The notes below the pieces were generated by a model that was given only the letters and a program-made list of their open reading frames with translations, was not told the origin of the DNA and did not search any database. Source: Clostridia bacterium (GTDB lineage Bacteria > Bacillota > Clostridia > TANB77 > CAG-508). From it: a stretch of 50,015 nt of DNA. Made by a program: the position numbers and the translations under genes. Below are positions 9,616 through 18,453 of this stretch, in pieces. The stretch covers positions 1 to 50,015 of the forward strand of contig JAAWJE010000017.1 of assembly GCA_022796725.1 (NCBI GenBank), in the 5' to 3' direction. How positions within the stretch are numbered: the stretch's first letter is position 1; each line of letters starts with the position of its first letter.

Positions 9616-10479
9616 ATGAAAAAAATATATAAAAATTTATTAGGAAGTTTAATTATAATATCAATGATTATGGGAATAGTTACTAATTTATATATTCCGT
9701 TTTCTTATTCTGCTGAATCAGTAGATAATATAAATGGAGATGTAGCTGAAAAACCAGATGTTAAACCAACACCAAAACCAGCTCCAAAGCCAGTAAAAAA
9801 ACCTACTGTGAAATTAGCTACTCAAAAGGGATATGTTAAAGTTGTTTCAACACTTACTTTAAGAAAGAAAGCATCAACTAGAGGAAAATGGGTTGCTACT
9901 TTAAAAGCAGGTCAACAAGTATATATATTAGGTACAACAAAATCAGGTTGGTATAAAGTAAAAACAACAAAGAAAAAAGTAGGATATGTAAAAAAGAAAT
10001 ATATAGGAACAAAGACAAATAAAAAATATAAATTATTAACAACATATACAACATATTCAAGATATAGTCCATCAGGAAGAAATTATAATATGAAAAAAGC
10101 TGCAAACAAGATAAAGAAAATCACTCTAAAAAAAGATAATACATTTAATTGGTTTAAGGTAGTTGGACCTTGTGGAAAAAAACAAGGATATAAGATAGCA
10201 AATGTTATAATAGCAGGGAAAACTAAGCCAGGATATGGTGGAGGAGTATGCCAAGTTGCAACAACTATGTATGGTTGTTCAAGAAAATTGAAAATGAAAA
10301 AAATAGAAAGGCATAATCATAGTGCAAAAGTTTCATACTTAAATAAAGATAAATATGAAGCTGCTGTATCTTATGGACATAATAATTTAAGATTTAAAAA
10401 TACTACAAAGAAAAATATTGTATTTGATTTATATACATCTAAGGGAAGAGTTGTAGTAGCAGCTTATCAAGTTTTATAG
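9616..10479 (+). CDS. Secreted SH3b plus VanW-like domain protein
   Basis: Signal/TM segment, a PKP-rich linker, an SH3b-like GYVKVVSTLTLRKKAS...GWYKV segment, and a C-terminal GGGVCQVATTMY motif typical of VanW-family proteins. Confidence 0.75.
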   Translation: MKKIYKNLLGSLIIISMIMGIVTNLYIPFSYSAESVDNINGDVAEKPDVKPTPKPAPKPVKKPTVKLATQKGYVKVVSTLTLRKKASTRGKWVATLKAGQQVYILGTTKSGWYKVKTTKKKVGYVKKKYIGTKTNKKYKLLTTYTTYSRYSPSGRNYNMKKAANKIKKITLKKDNTFNWFKVVGPCGKKQGYKIANVIIAGKTKPGYGGGVCQVATTMYGCSRKLKMKKIERHNHSAKVSYLNKDKYEAAVSYGHNNLRFKNTTKKNIVFDLYTSKGRVVVAAYQVL

Positions 10480-10494
10480 AAATTAATAATAAAA

Positions 10495-10528
10495 AAAGAA
10501 TTCAAGGTGTACTTTGAATTCTTTTTTA
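10495..10528 (+). terminator. Rho-independent terminator
   Basis: aaagaattcaa/ttgaattcttt hairpin plus a T-run. It overlaps the upstream part of track ORF 10514, which argues for a later start for the next gene. Confidence 0.65.
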
Positions 10529-10588
10529 TTTTATATTTACAACAGTTATTTAAGGACATATAATAAAATAAAAATGAAAGGAAATAAA

Positions 10589-11143
10589 ATGAAGAATATA
10601 AATTTAATAGAAAAAGTAGTAACATATAGATGCAAATTTAGATTAACAGATAATAATGATATAGATGATGTATATGAGATATTAAGTAGCCCAAATGTTA
10701 TTTGTAACTTAAATATGGATATACATAAAAAAAGAGAAGATACTAAGAAATTATTAGAAAATTATAATACAGAATTTAAGAAAGGAACTAAATTACCATT
10801 AGCCATAATAGATAAAAAAGAAAATGAATTTATAGGAGTTTTTTTAATAAAATTAGACTTATATAATGAAGATTCTTTTGAAGCAACTGTATATTTAAAA
10901 GAGAAGTTTTGGGGACTAGGAATATATTCAGAAATATTACCAGCTATGATAAGATTTGCTTTTGAAGTTGTTGATACTGAAAACTTTAGAGGATATGTTA
11001 TGGATAAAAACATAAGTTCATCAAAAGGTTTTGAAAGAAATGGATTTATGCTAGAAAAAGTATTTGAAGTTCCAAAAATAGAAGGAAAAATAAGAAGTTA
11101 TTTAATGACTAGAAATATGTATAAAAAACAAGAAATAAAATAG
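10589..11143 (+). CDS. GNAT-family N-acetyltransferase (RimJ/RimL-like)
   Basis: Start moved to the ATG at 10589, after AAAGGA. The GLGIYSEILPAMIRFAFE acetyl-CoA-binding-like segment and NISSSKGFERNGF are typical of the GNAT fold. Confidence 0.7.
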   Translation: MKNINLIEKVVTYRCKFRLTDNNDIDDVYEILSSPNVICNLNMDIHKKREDTKKLLENYNTEFKKGTKLPLAIIDKKENEFIGVFLIKLDLYNEDSFEATVYLKEKFWGLGIYSEILPAMIRFAFEVVDTENFRGYVMDKNISSSKGFERNGFMLEKVFEVPKIEGKIRSYLMTRNMYKKQEIK

Positions 11144-11218
11144 TTCTTGTAGCTTGAATAGCTAATCAAAGTATGATAAAATGCAAGCAATAAGAATATG
11201 ATAATGTAGGAGGTAAAT

Positions 11219-11911
11219 ATGATTTATTCACAAGAAGTAGAAAATATGTGTAAAGTAACTAAAGGAGCAAATCACGGACCAGCACCAATTCCAGAAGAAG
11301 GAAAATGGGTAAAATCTAAAGATATAAAAGATATTTCAGGTTTAACACATGGTATTGGTTGGTGTGCACCTCAACAAGGAGCTTGTAAGTTAACATTAAA
11401 TGTAAAAGAAGGAATTATACAAGAAGCATTGGTAGAAACAATTGGATGTTCAGGTATGACACATTCAGCTGCTATGGCAGGAGAAATTTTAGTTGGTAAA
11501 ACAATACTTGAAGCATTAAATACAGATTTAGTATGTGATGCTATAAATACTGCTATGAGAGAATTATTTTTACAAATAGTATATGGTAGAACACAATCAG
11601 CTTTTTCTGAAGGAGGCTTAGCAATAGGAGCAGGACTTGAAGATTTAGGTAAAGGTCATAGAAGTCAAGTAGGAACAATTTATTCTACTGCTGTAAAAGG
11701 ACCTAGATATTTAGAGCTTGCAGAAGGATATATAACAGAAATAGGATTAGATGATAATAATGAAATTATAGGTTATAAATTTGTTAATTTAGGAAAAATG
11801 ATGGAAAACATTAAAAAAGGAATTGAACCTATGGAAGCAATTGAAAAAGCTTCAGGAAAATATGGAAGATTTGATGAAGCTGTAAAGAAAATAGACCCAA
11901 GACAAGAATAA
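11219..11911 (+). CDS. NifU/IscU-like Fe-S scaffold-domain protein (partner of GGGtGRT protein)
   Basis: 230 aa with three spaced Cys in IscU-like contexts (GWCAPQQGAC, GCSGMTHS, LVCDAI); AGGAGG SD. Confidence 0.65.
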   Translation: MIYSQEVENMCKVTKGANHGPAPIPEEGKWVKSKDIKDISGLTHGIGWCAPQQGACKLTLNVKEGIIQEALVETIGCSGMTHSAAMAGEILVGKTILEALNTDLVCDAINTAMRELFLQIVYGRTQSAFSEGGLAIGAGLEDLGKGHRSQVGTIYSTAVKGPRYLELAEGYITEIGLDDNNEIIGYKFVNLGKMMENIKKGIEPMEAIEKASGKYGRFDEAVKKIDPRQE

Positions 11912-11949
11912 TAAAAATAAGATGATTGTAAATTTAAGGAGGTAAAAAG

Positions 11950-12954
11950 ATGGCAGTAACATTTGAAAGTTATGAAAGAAGAATAGAGCAAATAAAACCA
12001 GTAATGGAAAAATACGGAATTAAAGATTTTGAAGATGCTTTAAATATATGTAAAGAAAAAGGATTTAATCCTTATGATATAGTAAAAGGAGTACAACCAA
12101 TATGTTTTGAAAATGCGTGTTGGGCATATACATTAGGAGCAGCTATTGCTGTAAAAAAAGGATGTATTAAAGCAGCAGATGCGGCTAAAGCAATAGGAGA
12201 AGGATTGCAAGCTTTTTGTATTCCAGGTTCAGTTGCAGATGATAGAAAAGTAGGACTTGGACATGGAAATTTAGCAGCAATGCTTTTATCTGAAGAAACA
12301 GAATGTTTTGCATTTTTAGCAGGTCATGAATCTTTTGCAGCAGCAGAAGGTGCTATTGGTATAGCAAATAATGCAAATAAAGTAAGACAAAAACCATTAA
12401 GAGTAATATTAAATGGTCTTGGAAAAGATGCTGCTCAAATAATATCAAGAATAAATGGATTTACTTATGTTCAAACAGATTTTGATTTTTATACAGGAGA
12501 ATTAAAAGTAGTAAAAGAAACAGCTTATTCAAATGGACCAAGAGCAAAAGTAAGATGCTATGGTGCAAATGATGTAAGAGAAGGTGTTGCTATAATGCAC
12601 AGTGAAGGTGTTGATGTTTCTATAACAGGAAATTCAACAAATCCAACTAGATTCCAACATCCAGTTGCAGGTACATATAAGAAAGAATGTATTGAACAAG
12701 GAAAGAAGTATTTCTCAGTAGCATCTGGTGGAGGAACAGGAAGAACATTACATCCAGATAATATGGGTTCAGGACCAGCTTCTTATGGAATGACAGATAC
12801 TATGGGAAGAATGCATTCTGATGCTCAATTTGCAGGTTCATCATCAGTACCAGCTCATGTTGAAATGATGGGATTAATTGGTATGGGTAATAACCCAATG
12901 GTTGGTGCTACTGTATCTGTATCAGTTGCAGTACAACAAGCTATGAATAAATAA
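11950..12954 (+). CDS. GGGtGRT family protein (uncharacterised)
   Basis: 334 aa containing the eponymous SGGGTGRT motif; AGGAGG SD; 38 nt downstream of the NifU-like gene. Confidence 0.8.
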   Translation: MAVTFESYERRIEQIKPVMEKYGIKDFEDALNICKEKGFNPYDIVKGVQPICFENACWAYTLGAAIAVKKGCIKAADAAKAIGEGLQAFCIPGSVADDRKVGLGHGNLAAMLLSEETECFAFLAGHESFAAAEGAIGIANNANKVRQKPLRVILNGLGKDAAQIISRINGFTYVQTDFDFYTGELKVVKETAYSNGPRAKVRCYGANDVREGVAIMHSEGVDVSITGNSTNPTRFQHPVAGTYKKECIEQGKKYFSVASGGGTGRTLHPDNMGSGPASYGMTDTMGRMHSDAQFAGSSSVPAHVEMMGLIGMGNNPMVGATVSVSVAVQQAMNK

Positions 12955-13260
12955 GGGAAGTCTTGAGAATACTAGATTTTTAAATAAAATATGATGAATA
13001 CAATAAGATAATAATAAAGGTGGACAATTACCAAAAATAAGGTTTTGTCCACCTTTACAATTACTTTTGAATATTAATTGTGTTATAAAAAATATTTAAT
13101 TTACTTTTAGTGTAAATTAAATATAATTGGTAATAATTATAATAAGAATATATTAAAAATACCTAATAAAATACTTGCAAAATAAAAAGATATTGATATA
13201 ATAAGAAAGTAAAATTCAATAATAAATAAAGTATATAACATAAGAGAAAGGAATGATATT

Positions 13261-13836
13261 ATGAATATTTGCGTATATGGAGCAGCTAGTAGTGAAATTG
13301 ATAAAAGCTTTATTGATGCTGGAGAAGAATTAGGAAGAAAATTAGTAGAGAGAGGACATGGATTAGTATTTGGTGGTGGAGCTAATGGCATGATGGGAGC
13401 AGTAGCTAGAGGAGTACATCAAAAAAATGGATATATATTAGGAATAGCACCAGGATTTTTTAATGTAGATGGTGTTTCTTATGATGAATGTACAGAATTT
13501 ATTCATACAGATACAATGCGTGAACGTAAACGTTTATTAGATGAAAAGTCAAATGGTTTTGTTATTTCTCCTGGAGGAATAGGAACTTTTGATGAATTCT
13601 TTGAAATATTAACTCTAAAACAATTAGGAAGACATAATAAACCAATAGTTATATGGAACTTAAACAATTATTTTGAAAATATGGAAAACATGATGCAAGT
13701 ATCAGTTGATAAAAAATTTGTAACAGATGATTGTAGAGAGTTATATAAAGTTTGTAATACAACAGATGAAATATTAGATTATATAGAAAACTATGATGAA
13801 AAAGATATTGACTTATCAAAAGTAAAAATAAGATAA
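13261..13836 (+). CDS. LOG-family (TIGR00730-type) nucleotide phosphoribohydrolase
   Basis: 191 aa; GGGANGMMGAVARG and the PGGIGTFDEFFE motif. Confidence 0.85.
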   Translation: MNICVYGAASSEIDKSFIDAGEELGRKLVERGHGLVFGGGANGMMGAVARGVHQKNGYILGIAPGFFNVDGVSYDECTEFIHTDTMRERKRLLDEKSNGFVISPGGIGTFDEFFEILTLKQLGRHNKPIVIWNLNNYFENMENMMQVSVDKKFVTDDCRELYKVCNTTDEILDYIENYDEKDIDLSKVKIR

Positions 13837-13848
13837 AAAATAAAAATG

Positions 13849-13883
13849 ACTTTTACGATAGAAAAGTAAAAGTTATTTTTTTT
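13849..13883 (+). terminator. Rho-independent terminator
   Basis: acttttac/gtaaaagt stem followed by T8. Confidence 0.65.
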
Positions 13884-13952
13884 ATATGTAGACATTTAAA
13901 AAAAATTTATAATGAGATATAATAAAATATATTATATATGTAGGAGAAAAAA

Positions 13953-14363
13953 ATGATATATGAATTTGAAGTATTAGGACCTATAACAGGAAAAGGAAGA
14001 CCTAGATTAAATACATATACAAATAGAGTATATACACCATCAAAAACAAAAGATTATGAAGATTTAGTAAAACAGTATTTTATACTAAAATATCCAAGAT
14101 ATGTGCAATTTGAAAAAAGGATTTATGTTGAAATAGTAGCACAATTTAAAATACCAAAAGCAACAAATAAGTTAGATACAGAAAAGATGATAAAAGGCGA
14201 GATTAGTCCTACTAAAAAGCCAGATATAGATAATATTGTAAAAATAATATTAGATGCACTTAATAAATTAGCATTTAAAGACGATAACCAAATTACTAAA
14301 TTATCAGTAGACAAGATATATGGAAAAGAAGATAAAGTATATATAAAAATTGCAGAATATTAA
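13953..14363 (+). CDS. rusA: RusA-family Holliday-junction resolvase
   Basis: 136 aa; GKGRPR near the N-terminus and PDIDNIVKIILDALNKLAFKDDNQI, matching the RusA catalytic Asp region. Confidence 0.75.
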   Translation: MIYEFEVLGPITGKGRPRLNTYTNRVYTPSKTKDYEDLVKQYFILKYPRYVQFEKRIYVEIVAQFKIPKATNKLDTEKMIKGEISPTKKPDIDNIVKIILDALNKLAFKDDNQITKLSVDKIYGKEDKVYIKIAEY

Positions 14364-14380
14364 AAATAAAGGAGAAAATT

Positions 14381-15103
14381 ATGTTTTTTTCAAAGAAAAA
14401 ATATACAGTAGATAATCCAAATGTATGTTATGATGTAAAAAAAATAAAGAAAGAAGAAAAGAGAAAAAGAAAAGAAGAAAAAAATAAAAGTTCTGAAAAT
14501 AATAATGAAAATGAAAAAACTAAAATAAAATTAAGTAAAAAAGCTAAAATAAGAATATGCTTAGTAATGATTGTAAGTATTATAATCTTGGGAATAATTG
14601 GTCATATAGAAATTCAAAAAGGAGAAAGAGAAGAATTATTTTCTAAATCACTTACTTCGTTTATATATGGAAAATATGATGAAGCAAATAGTAAATTAAA
14701 AGATATAAAGCCTAAAACAGATGATGAGAAATCATATATTGAATTAATAAGTATAAGTAAAAATATTTCAAGTAAAACTCGATATTTTAATGATGAGGAA
14801 ATTATATTAGAATATATTGATATATTAAAACAAATGAAAGAATTAGTAAATAAAAGTGATGGTATTACAATAAAAATTTATAAAAATAAAAAACATAAAG
14901 AAATAACTATTACTGAAGTCCCTTTTAATGATGCAATTAGATATGCTGAAGATAAAATTTTAGAAATTGAAGAAAATGAAACTAATATACTAAATAAAAA
15001 GAATCCTATTACAGCTAAAATAATAGATTCAAAAATGATAGGATATTTTGTGAATATAGTTGATATAAAAGGAAATGGAGATTCATATTATAAAGATGAA
15101 TAA
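14381..15103 (+). CDS. Hypothetical membrane-anchored protein
   Basis: 240 aa; Lys/Glu-rich N-terminus, single TM (IRICLVMIVSIIILGIIGHI); AAGGAG SD; 17 nt after rusA. Confidence 0.5.
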   Translation: MFFSKKKYTVDNPNVCYDVKKIKKEEKRKRKEEKNKSSENNNENEKTKIKLSKKAKIRICLVMIVSIIILGIIGHIEIQKGEREELFSKSLTSFIYGKYDEANSKLKDIKPKTDDEKSYIELISISKNISSKTRYFNDEEIILEYIDILKQMKELVNKSDGITIKIYKNKKHKEITITEVPFNDAIRYAEDKILEIEENETNILNKKNPITAKIIDSKMIGYFVNIVDIKGNGDSYYKDE

Positions 15104-15132
15104 AGAAAATATATAAAATAAAAATTAATCAG

Positions 15133-15161
15133 GCATAATAAAAACCTCTAACGAATACAAT
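15133..15161 (+). promoter_or_regulatory. Candidate sigma-E-type sporulation promoter for spoIIID
   Basis: GCATAAT, 14 nt, then AATACAAT, compared with the B. subtilis sigma-E consensus kmATATT-N14-CATACAmT. spoIIID is sigma-E dependent in B. subtilis. Confidence 0.3.
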
Positions 15162-15193
15162 TAAACAAAGTATTCTTGTTGGAGGTTTTCTTT

Positions 15194-15466
15194 ATGAAGA
15201 ATATATCAATAGAAGAACGTGCTTGTAAACTTGCACGATACATTATAGATACGAAAGATACAGTAAGAGGAGCTGCTAAACAATTTGGAATTTCTAAGTC
15301 AACAGTACATAAAGATGTGAGTCAAAGACTTAAAAGTATAAACATGACACTTTATATGGAAGTACGTAAAATATTAGATGAAAATAAAGCAGTAAGACAT
15401 ATAAGAGGAGGGATGGCTACAAAGCTAAAATATAGCGAAAAACAAAAAAATGATAAAGTAGGATAA
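15194..15466 (+). CDS. spoIIID: Stage III sporulation protein D (transcription regulator)
   Basis: Start moved to the ATG at 15194, 8 nt after GGAGG. IEERACKLARYIIDTKDTVRGAAKQFGISKSTVHKDV is the characteristic SpoIIID HTH; ~90 aa. Confidence 0.85.
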   Translation: MKNISIEERACKLARYIIDTKDTVRGAAKQFGISKSTVHKDVSQRLKSINMTLYMEVRKILDENKAVRHIRGGMATKLKYSEKQKNDKVG

Positions 15467-15469
15467 CTA

Positions 15470-15517
15470 AAAAGAACTTAAATTAAGAATAAATTTCTTA
15501 TTTTAAGTTCTTTTTTA
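15470..15517 (+). terminator. Rho-independent terminator
   Basis: Long hairpin aaaagaacttaaa...tttaagttctttt with a T-run. Confidence 0.7.
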
Positions 15518-15568
15518 AAATTATAAAAACAGTATAGCTATAAACTACACTGTTTTAAAAACTAAATA

Positions 15569-15730
15569 TTAGTTATTTTGATTTCTTCTAGCTTCTTTTC
15601 TAGCTTTTCTGCAATCAGGACATCTTTGAGGTTCATTATCAAAACCTTTTGATGCGTAGAATTCTTGTTCACCTTCTGTAAAAACAAATTCAGCACCACA
15701 ATCCTTGCAAATTAATGTTTTATCAGCCAT
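15569..15730 (-). CDS. Small zinc-ribbon protein, 53 aa (below the ORF-track cutoff)
   Basis: My translation: MADKTLICKDCGAEFVFTEGEQEFYASKGFDNEPQRCPDCRKARKEARRNQNN. CxxC...CxxC ribbon; GGGAGA SD; followed on the minus strand by the hairpin aaaacagt/actgtttt plus a T-run. Confidence 0.6.
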   Translation of the reverse strand: MADKTLICKDCGAEFVFTEGEQEFYASKGFDNEPQRCPDCRKARKEARRNQNN

Positions 15731-15969
15731 TATATATGTTCTCCCTTCTTTAAAGATAATTTAATCTATTGATACTAATGACTCTCATTATTTTATCTAT
15801 AAAGAAAGGTTCAAAAAAGTTTTCAATCGATTTAAATTAGATATTAAAAATATCTATAAGTATTATAACACAAAATAATATAAAAACAATAGATATAATA
15901 AATTATTATGTTTAAAAAAAGATATACTGGAAATAATTTATTTAGAAATATAATTTTGGAGGAATGTGT

Positions 15970-17247
15970 ATGAATAATGAACTTGAAATTGCAGATGTAA
16001 AAGCAATAGAGGTATTAGATTCAAGAGGAAATCCAACAGTAGAAGTTATTGTAAAAACTGCTTTTGGTGATATAGGAAAGGCAATAGTTCCATCAGGTGC
16101 TTCTACTGGTAGATATGAAGCTGTTGAACTGAGAGATAAAGATGAGAATAGATATGCAGGAAAAGGAGTAAAGAAAGCAGTAGAAAACATAAATAAAGTA
16201 ATAAAAAATGAAATAATCGGAATGAACGTATATAATCAAGAAAAGATAGATAAAAGATTAATAGAAATAGATGGCACAGAAAATAAAGAAAGAATGGGAG
16301 CTAATGCTATTTTAGGTGTATCTTTAGCAGTAGCAAAGGCAGCAGCGAATTCTTTAGATATGGAATTATATAGATATATTGGAGGAATAAATGCAGCTAC
16401 ACTTCCAATACCCATGCTTAATATACTAAATGGAGGAAAGCACGCTAGTAATAATGTAAACATACAAGAATTTATGATAGTTCCAGCGAAAGAAAAAAGT
16501 TTTTCTGAGAAAATGCAAATGTCTGTTGAAATATACAAAGAATTAAAAAGTGTATTAGAAAGTAAAAATAAACATACAGGAGTTGGAGATGAAGGTGGAT
16601 TTGCTCCTGATTTAGATGGAGATGAAGAAGCTCTAAAAAGTATATTAGAAGCAATAGGAAAAGCTGGATATAGGGCAGGAGAAGATGTAAATTTAGCTTT
16701 AGATGTTGCAGCAACAGAAATGTATGAAGAAGCTAAAAAGAAGAAAGAAGATGGAAAATATTATTTTTGGAAAACAGGACAATTAAAGACAACAGATGAA
16801 ATGATAGAATATTATGATGATATAACAAGAAGATACCCAATTATATCTATTGAAGATGCTTTAGCAGAGGATGATTGGGAAGCATGGGAAAAACTAACAG
16901 ATTCATTAGGAAAAAAGATAAAACTTGTTGGAGATGATTTATTTGTAACTAATAAAAAAAGATTAAAGAGAGGTACAGAAAATAATATAGCAAATAGTAT
17001 TCTAATAAAATTAAATCAAATAGGAACTTTAACAGAGACACTAGAGACAATAAGATATGCAAAAGAAAATGGATATGAAACTATTATTTCACATAGGTCT
17101 GGAGAAACAGAAGATACTACCATATCAGATTTAGCAGTTGCATTAAATATAGAAAAAGTAAAATTTGGTGCTCCATGTAGAACTGATAGAGTATGTAAAT
17201 ATAATAGACTTTTAGAATTAGAAAATTGTTTAGAAAAAAATAAATAA
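15970..17247 (+). CDS. eno: Enolase
   Basis: [22 protein letters not shown] and other invariant enolase motifs. Start set to the ATG at 15970, 7 nt after GGAGG. Confidence 0.95.
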   Translation: MNNELEIADVKAIEVLDSRGNPTVEVIVKTAFGDIGKAIVPSGASTGRYEAVELRDKDENRYAGKGVKKAVENINKVIKNEIIGMNVYNQEKIDKRLIEIDGTENKERMGANAILGVSLAVAKAAANSLDMELYRYIGGINAATLPIPMLNILNGGKHASNNVNIQEFMIVPAKEKSFSEKMQMSVEIYKELKSVLESKNKHTGVGDEGGFAPDLDGDEEALKSILEAIGKAGYRAGEDVNLALDVAATEMYEEAKKKKEDGKYYFWKTGQLKTTDEMIEYYDDITRRYPIISIEDALAEDDWEAWEKLTDSLGKKIKLVGDDLFVTNKKRLKRGTENNIANSILIKLNQIGTLTETLETIRYAKENGYETIISHRSGETEDTTISDLAVALNIEKVKFGAPCRTDRVCKYNRLLELENCLEKNK

Positions 17248-17255
17248 GAATAAAA

Positions 17256-17288
17256 ATAATCTTAGCAAAATGCTAAGATTATTTTTTT
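17256..17288 (+). terminator. Rho-independent terminator
   Basis: aataatcttagca/tgctaagattatt stem plus a T-run. Confidence 0.75.
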
Positions 17289-17335
17289 ATCACATAGTAA
17301 ATATAAAAAACATATTTTATACTAGGTGATAAAAA

Positions 17336-17890
17336 ATGGATAAAAGAAACTTAAGTAGAAATAATAAATGTCTAATTTTACATTTAGATGGAGATATAAA
17401 ATATGCAAGAAAAGCAAGAGCATACTATAATAATTTAGAATTAAAAGCAGTTGTAGAAAGTATTCCTGAATTTAAACAGGCATCTATGATTACGCCATTT
17501 TTAGAAAAGTATAGACCCAATATATTAGTTACTACTGGTCATGATTTGATGCTAAAAAAAGGACAAGGATATTTTAGATTAGACAATTATAGAAATTCAA
17601 AGTATTTTGTAAAAGTAGTAAGGGAAGCGAGAAAATGGAATAGAAATGAAGAAGAATTTGCAATAATTGCAGGAGCTTGTGAAAGTTTTTTTGAAGCCAT
17701 AATGTCAGAAGGAGCAAATTTTGCATCTTCACCAGGAAGGATATTAATTGACTATAAAGATCCATTAATAATTGCTAGCACAATAGCAAAAACTAGTAAA
17801 GATAAGTATATTACTCTTAAAGATATATTACCAAAGTTATCAGATGGAGAAAAAGCAATAGGGGGGACTAGAGCTAGAGGAATGTCATAA
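17336..17890 (+). CDS. yabG: Sporulation-specific protease YabG
   Basis: 184 aa; LHLDGD...ILVTTGHD...IAGACESFFEAI pattern typical of YabG; sits immediately upstream of veg, as in Bacillus and Clostridioides. Confidence 0.75.
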   Translation: MDKRNLSRNNKCLILHLDGDIKYARKARAYYNNLELKAVVESIPEFKQASMITPFLEKYRPNILVTTGHDLMLKKGQGYFRLDNYRNSKYFVKVVREARKWNRNEEEFAIIAGACESFFEAIMSEGANFASSPGRILIDYKDPLIIASTIAKTSKDKYITLKDILPKLSDGEKAIGGTRARGMS

Positions 17891-18005
17891 ATTTTTATAT
17901 TACAACATGTAATATAAATGTAAAATAAAAGTAAAAAACAATAATGTATAGTCTAAAATATTGTAATATCAACGGTTTTAAGAAAAAAACACATTATCTT
18001 ATTTT

Positions 18006-18034
18006 TTGACAATTTTCGAGAGCGATGTTATACT
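18006..18034 (+). promoter_or_regulatory. Strong sigma-A promoter of veg
   Basis: TTGACA, 17 nt, then TATACT with an extended -10 TG (TGTTATACT); A/T-rich upstream region. Confidence 0.6.
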
Positions 18035-18064
18035 GACCTTAACAAAATTGAAGTAGGTGATGTT

Positions 18065-18367
18065 ATGATATATAAATCGGATATTAGTAGTTTAAGAAAG
18101 GATATGGAAGCCCAAATCGGACAAAAGATTATAATAAAAGAATCACCTGGCAAAAGAAGTAAACCGCTAGAAAAAGAAGCCGTTATTGAGCAAGCATACC
18201 CTAATTATTTTAGAGTAAAATTTGATGAAAATGATAGAAGAGGTTCTTATAATTATACTGATATATTTACAAAATCGGTAGAAGTACAGATATTTGATGG
18301 AGAACAATTTAAGACATTAGAACCACCAGCAATAATTTCAAAAAAGAATAGACAAGAATTTGCATAG
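18065..18367 (+). CDS. veg: Veg family protein
   Basis: 100 aa; KESPGKRSKPLEKEAVIEQAYPNYFRVKFDENDRRGSYNYTDIFTKSVEVQIF aligns with B. subtilis Veg as I remember it. Confidence 0.85.
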   Translation: MIYKSDISSLRKDMEAQIGQKIIIKESPGKRSKPLEKEAVIEQAYPNYFRVKFDENDRRGSYNYTDIFTKSVEVQIFDGEQFKTLEPPAIISKKNRQEFA

Positions 18368-18376
18368 CAAATATAA

Positions 18377-18406
18377 AAATTCCCAAATTAATGGGAATTT
18401 TTTTTT
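18377..18406 (+). terminator. Rho-independent terminator
   Basis: aaattccca/tgggaattt stem plus T-run. Confidence 0.7.
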
Positions 18407-18453
18407 AATTTTATAATATACATATAATAACAAATATGCCAAGGAGGAATTGT

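Noticed and set aside
10514-10588. The upstream extension of the GNAT ORF (track start 10514), and similar N-terminal extensions at 15176, 15964, 18436, 21245, 23977, 33940, 35877, 43802 and 45172.
   Set aside because: The extensions overlap terminators or promoters, or lack an SD. In each case an internal ATG sits 5-9 nt downstream of a GGAGG-type SD and gives the N-terminus expected for the family.
13017-13057. A strong 12-bp hairpin (aaaggtggacaa/ttgtccaccttt) after the GGGtGRT gene, considered as a possible structured RNA.
   Set aside because: It is most simply the operon terminator, although the U-tract is weak. No further conserved-looking structure surrounds it.
13137-13391. A minus-strand 84-aa ORF overlapping the LOG gene start and its promoter region.
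   Set aside because: It overlaps a confidently called gene and AT-rich promoter DNA, and its translation is low complexity.
13953-15103. A prophage or genomic island suggested by rusA (and, far away, the holin-family gene at 38615-38992).
   Set aside because: No integrase, terminase, capsid, tail or lysin genes are present, no tRNA or att-like repeats are visible, and the two genes are 24 kb apart among housekeeping genes.
15141-15189. The hairpin aaaacctc...gaggtttt, which would sequester the spoIIID SD.
   Set aside because: The left arm overlaps or precedes the candidate -10 element. It is probably not part of the transcript if the sigma-E-like promoter call is right. I cannot resolve this without TSS data.
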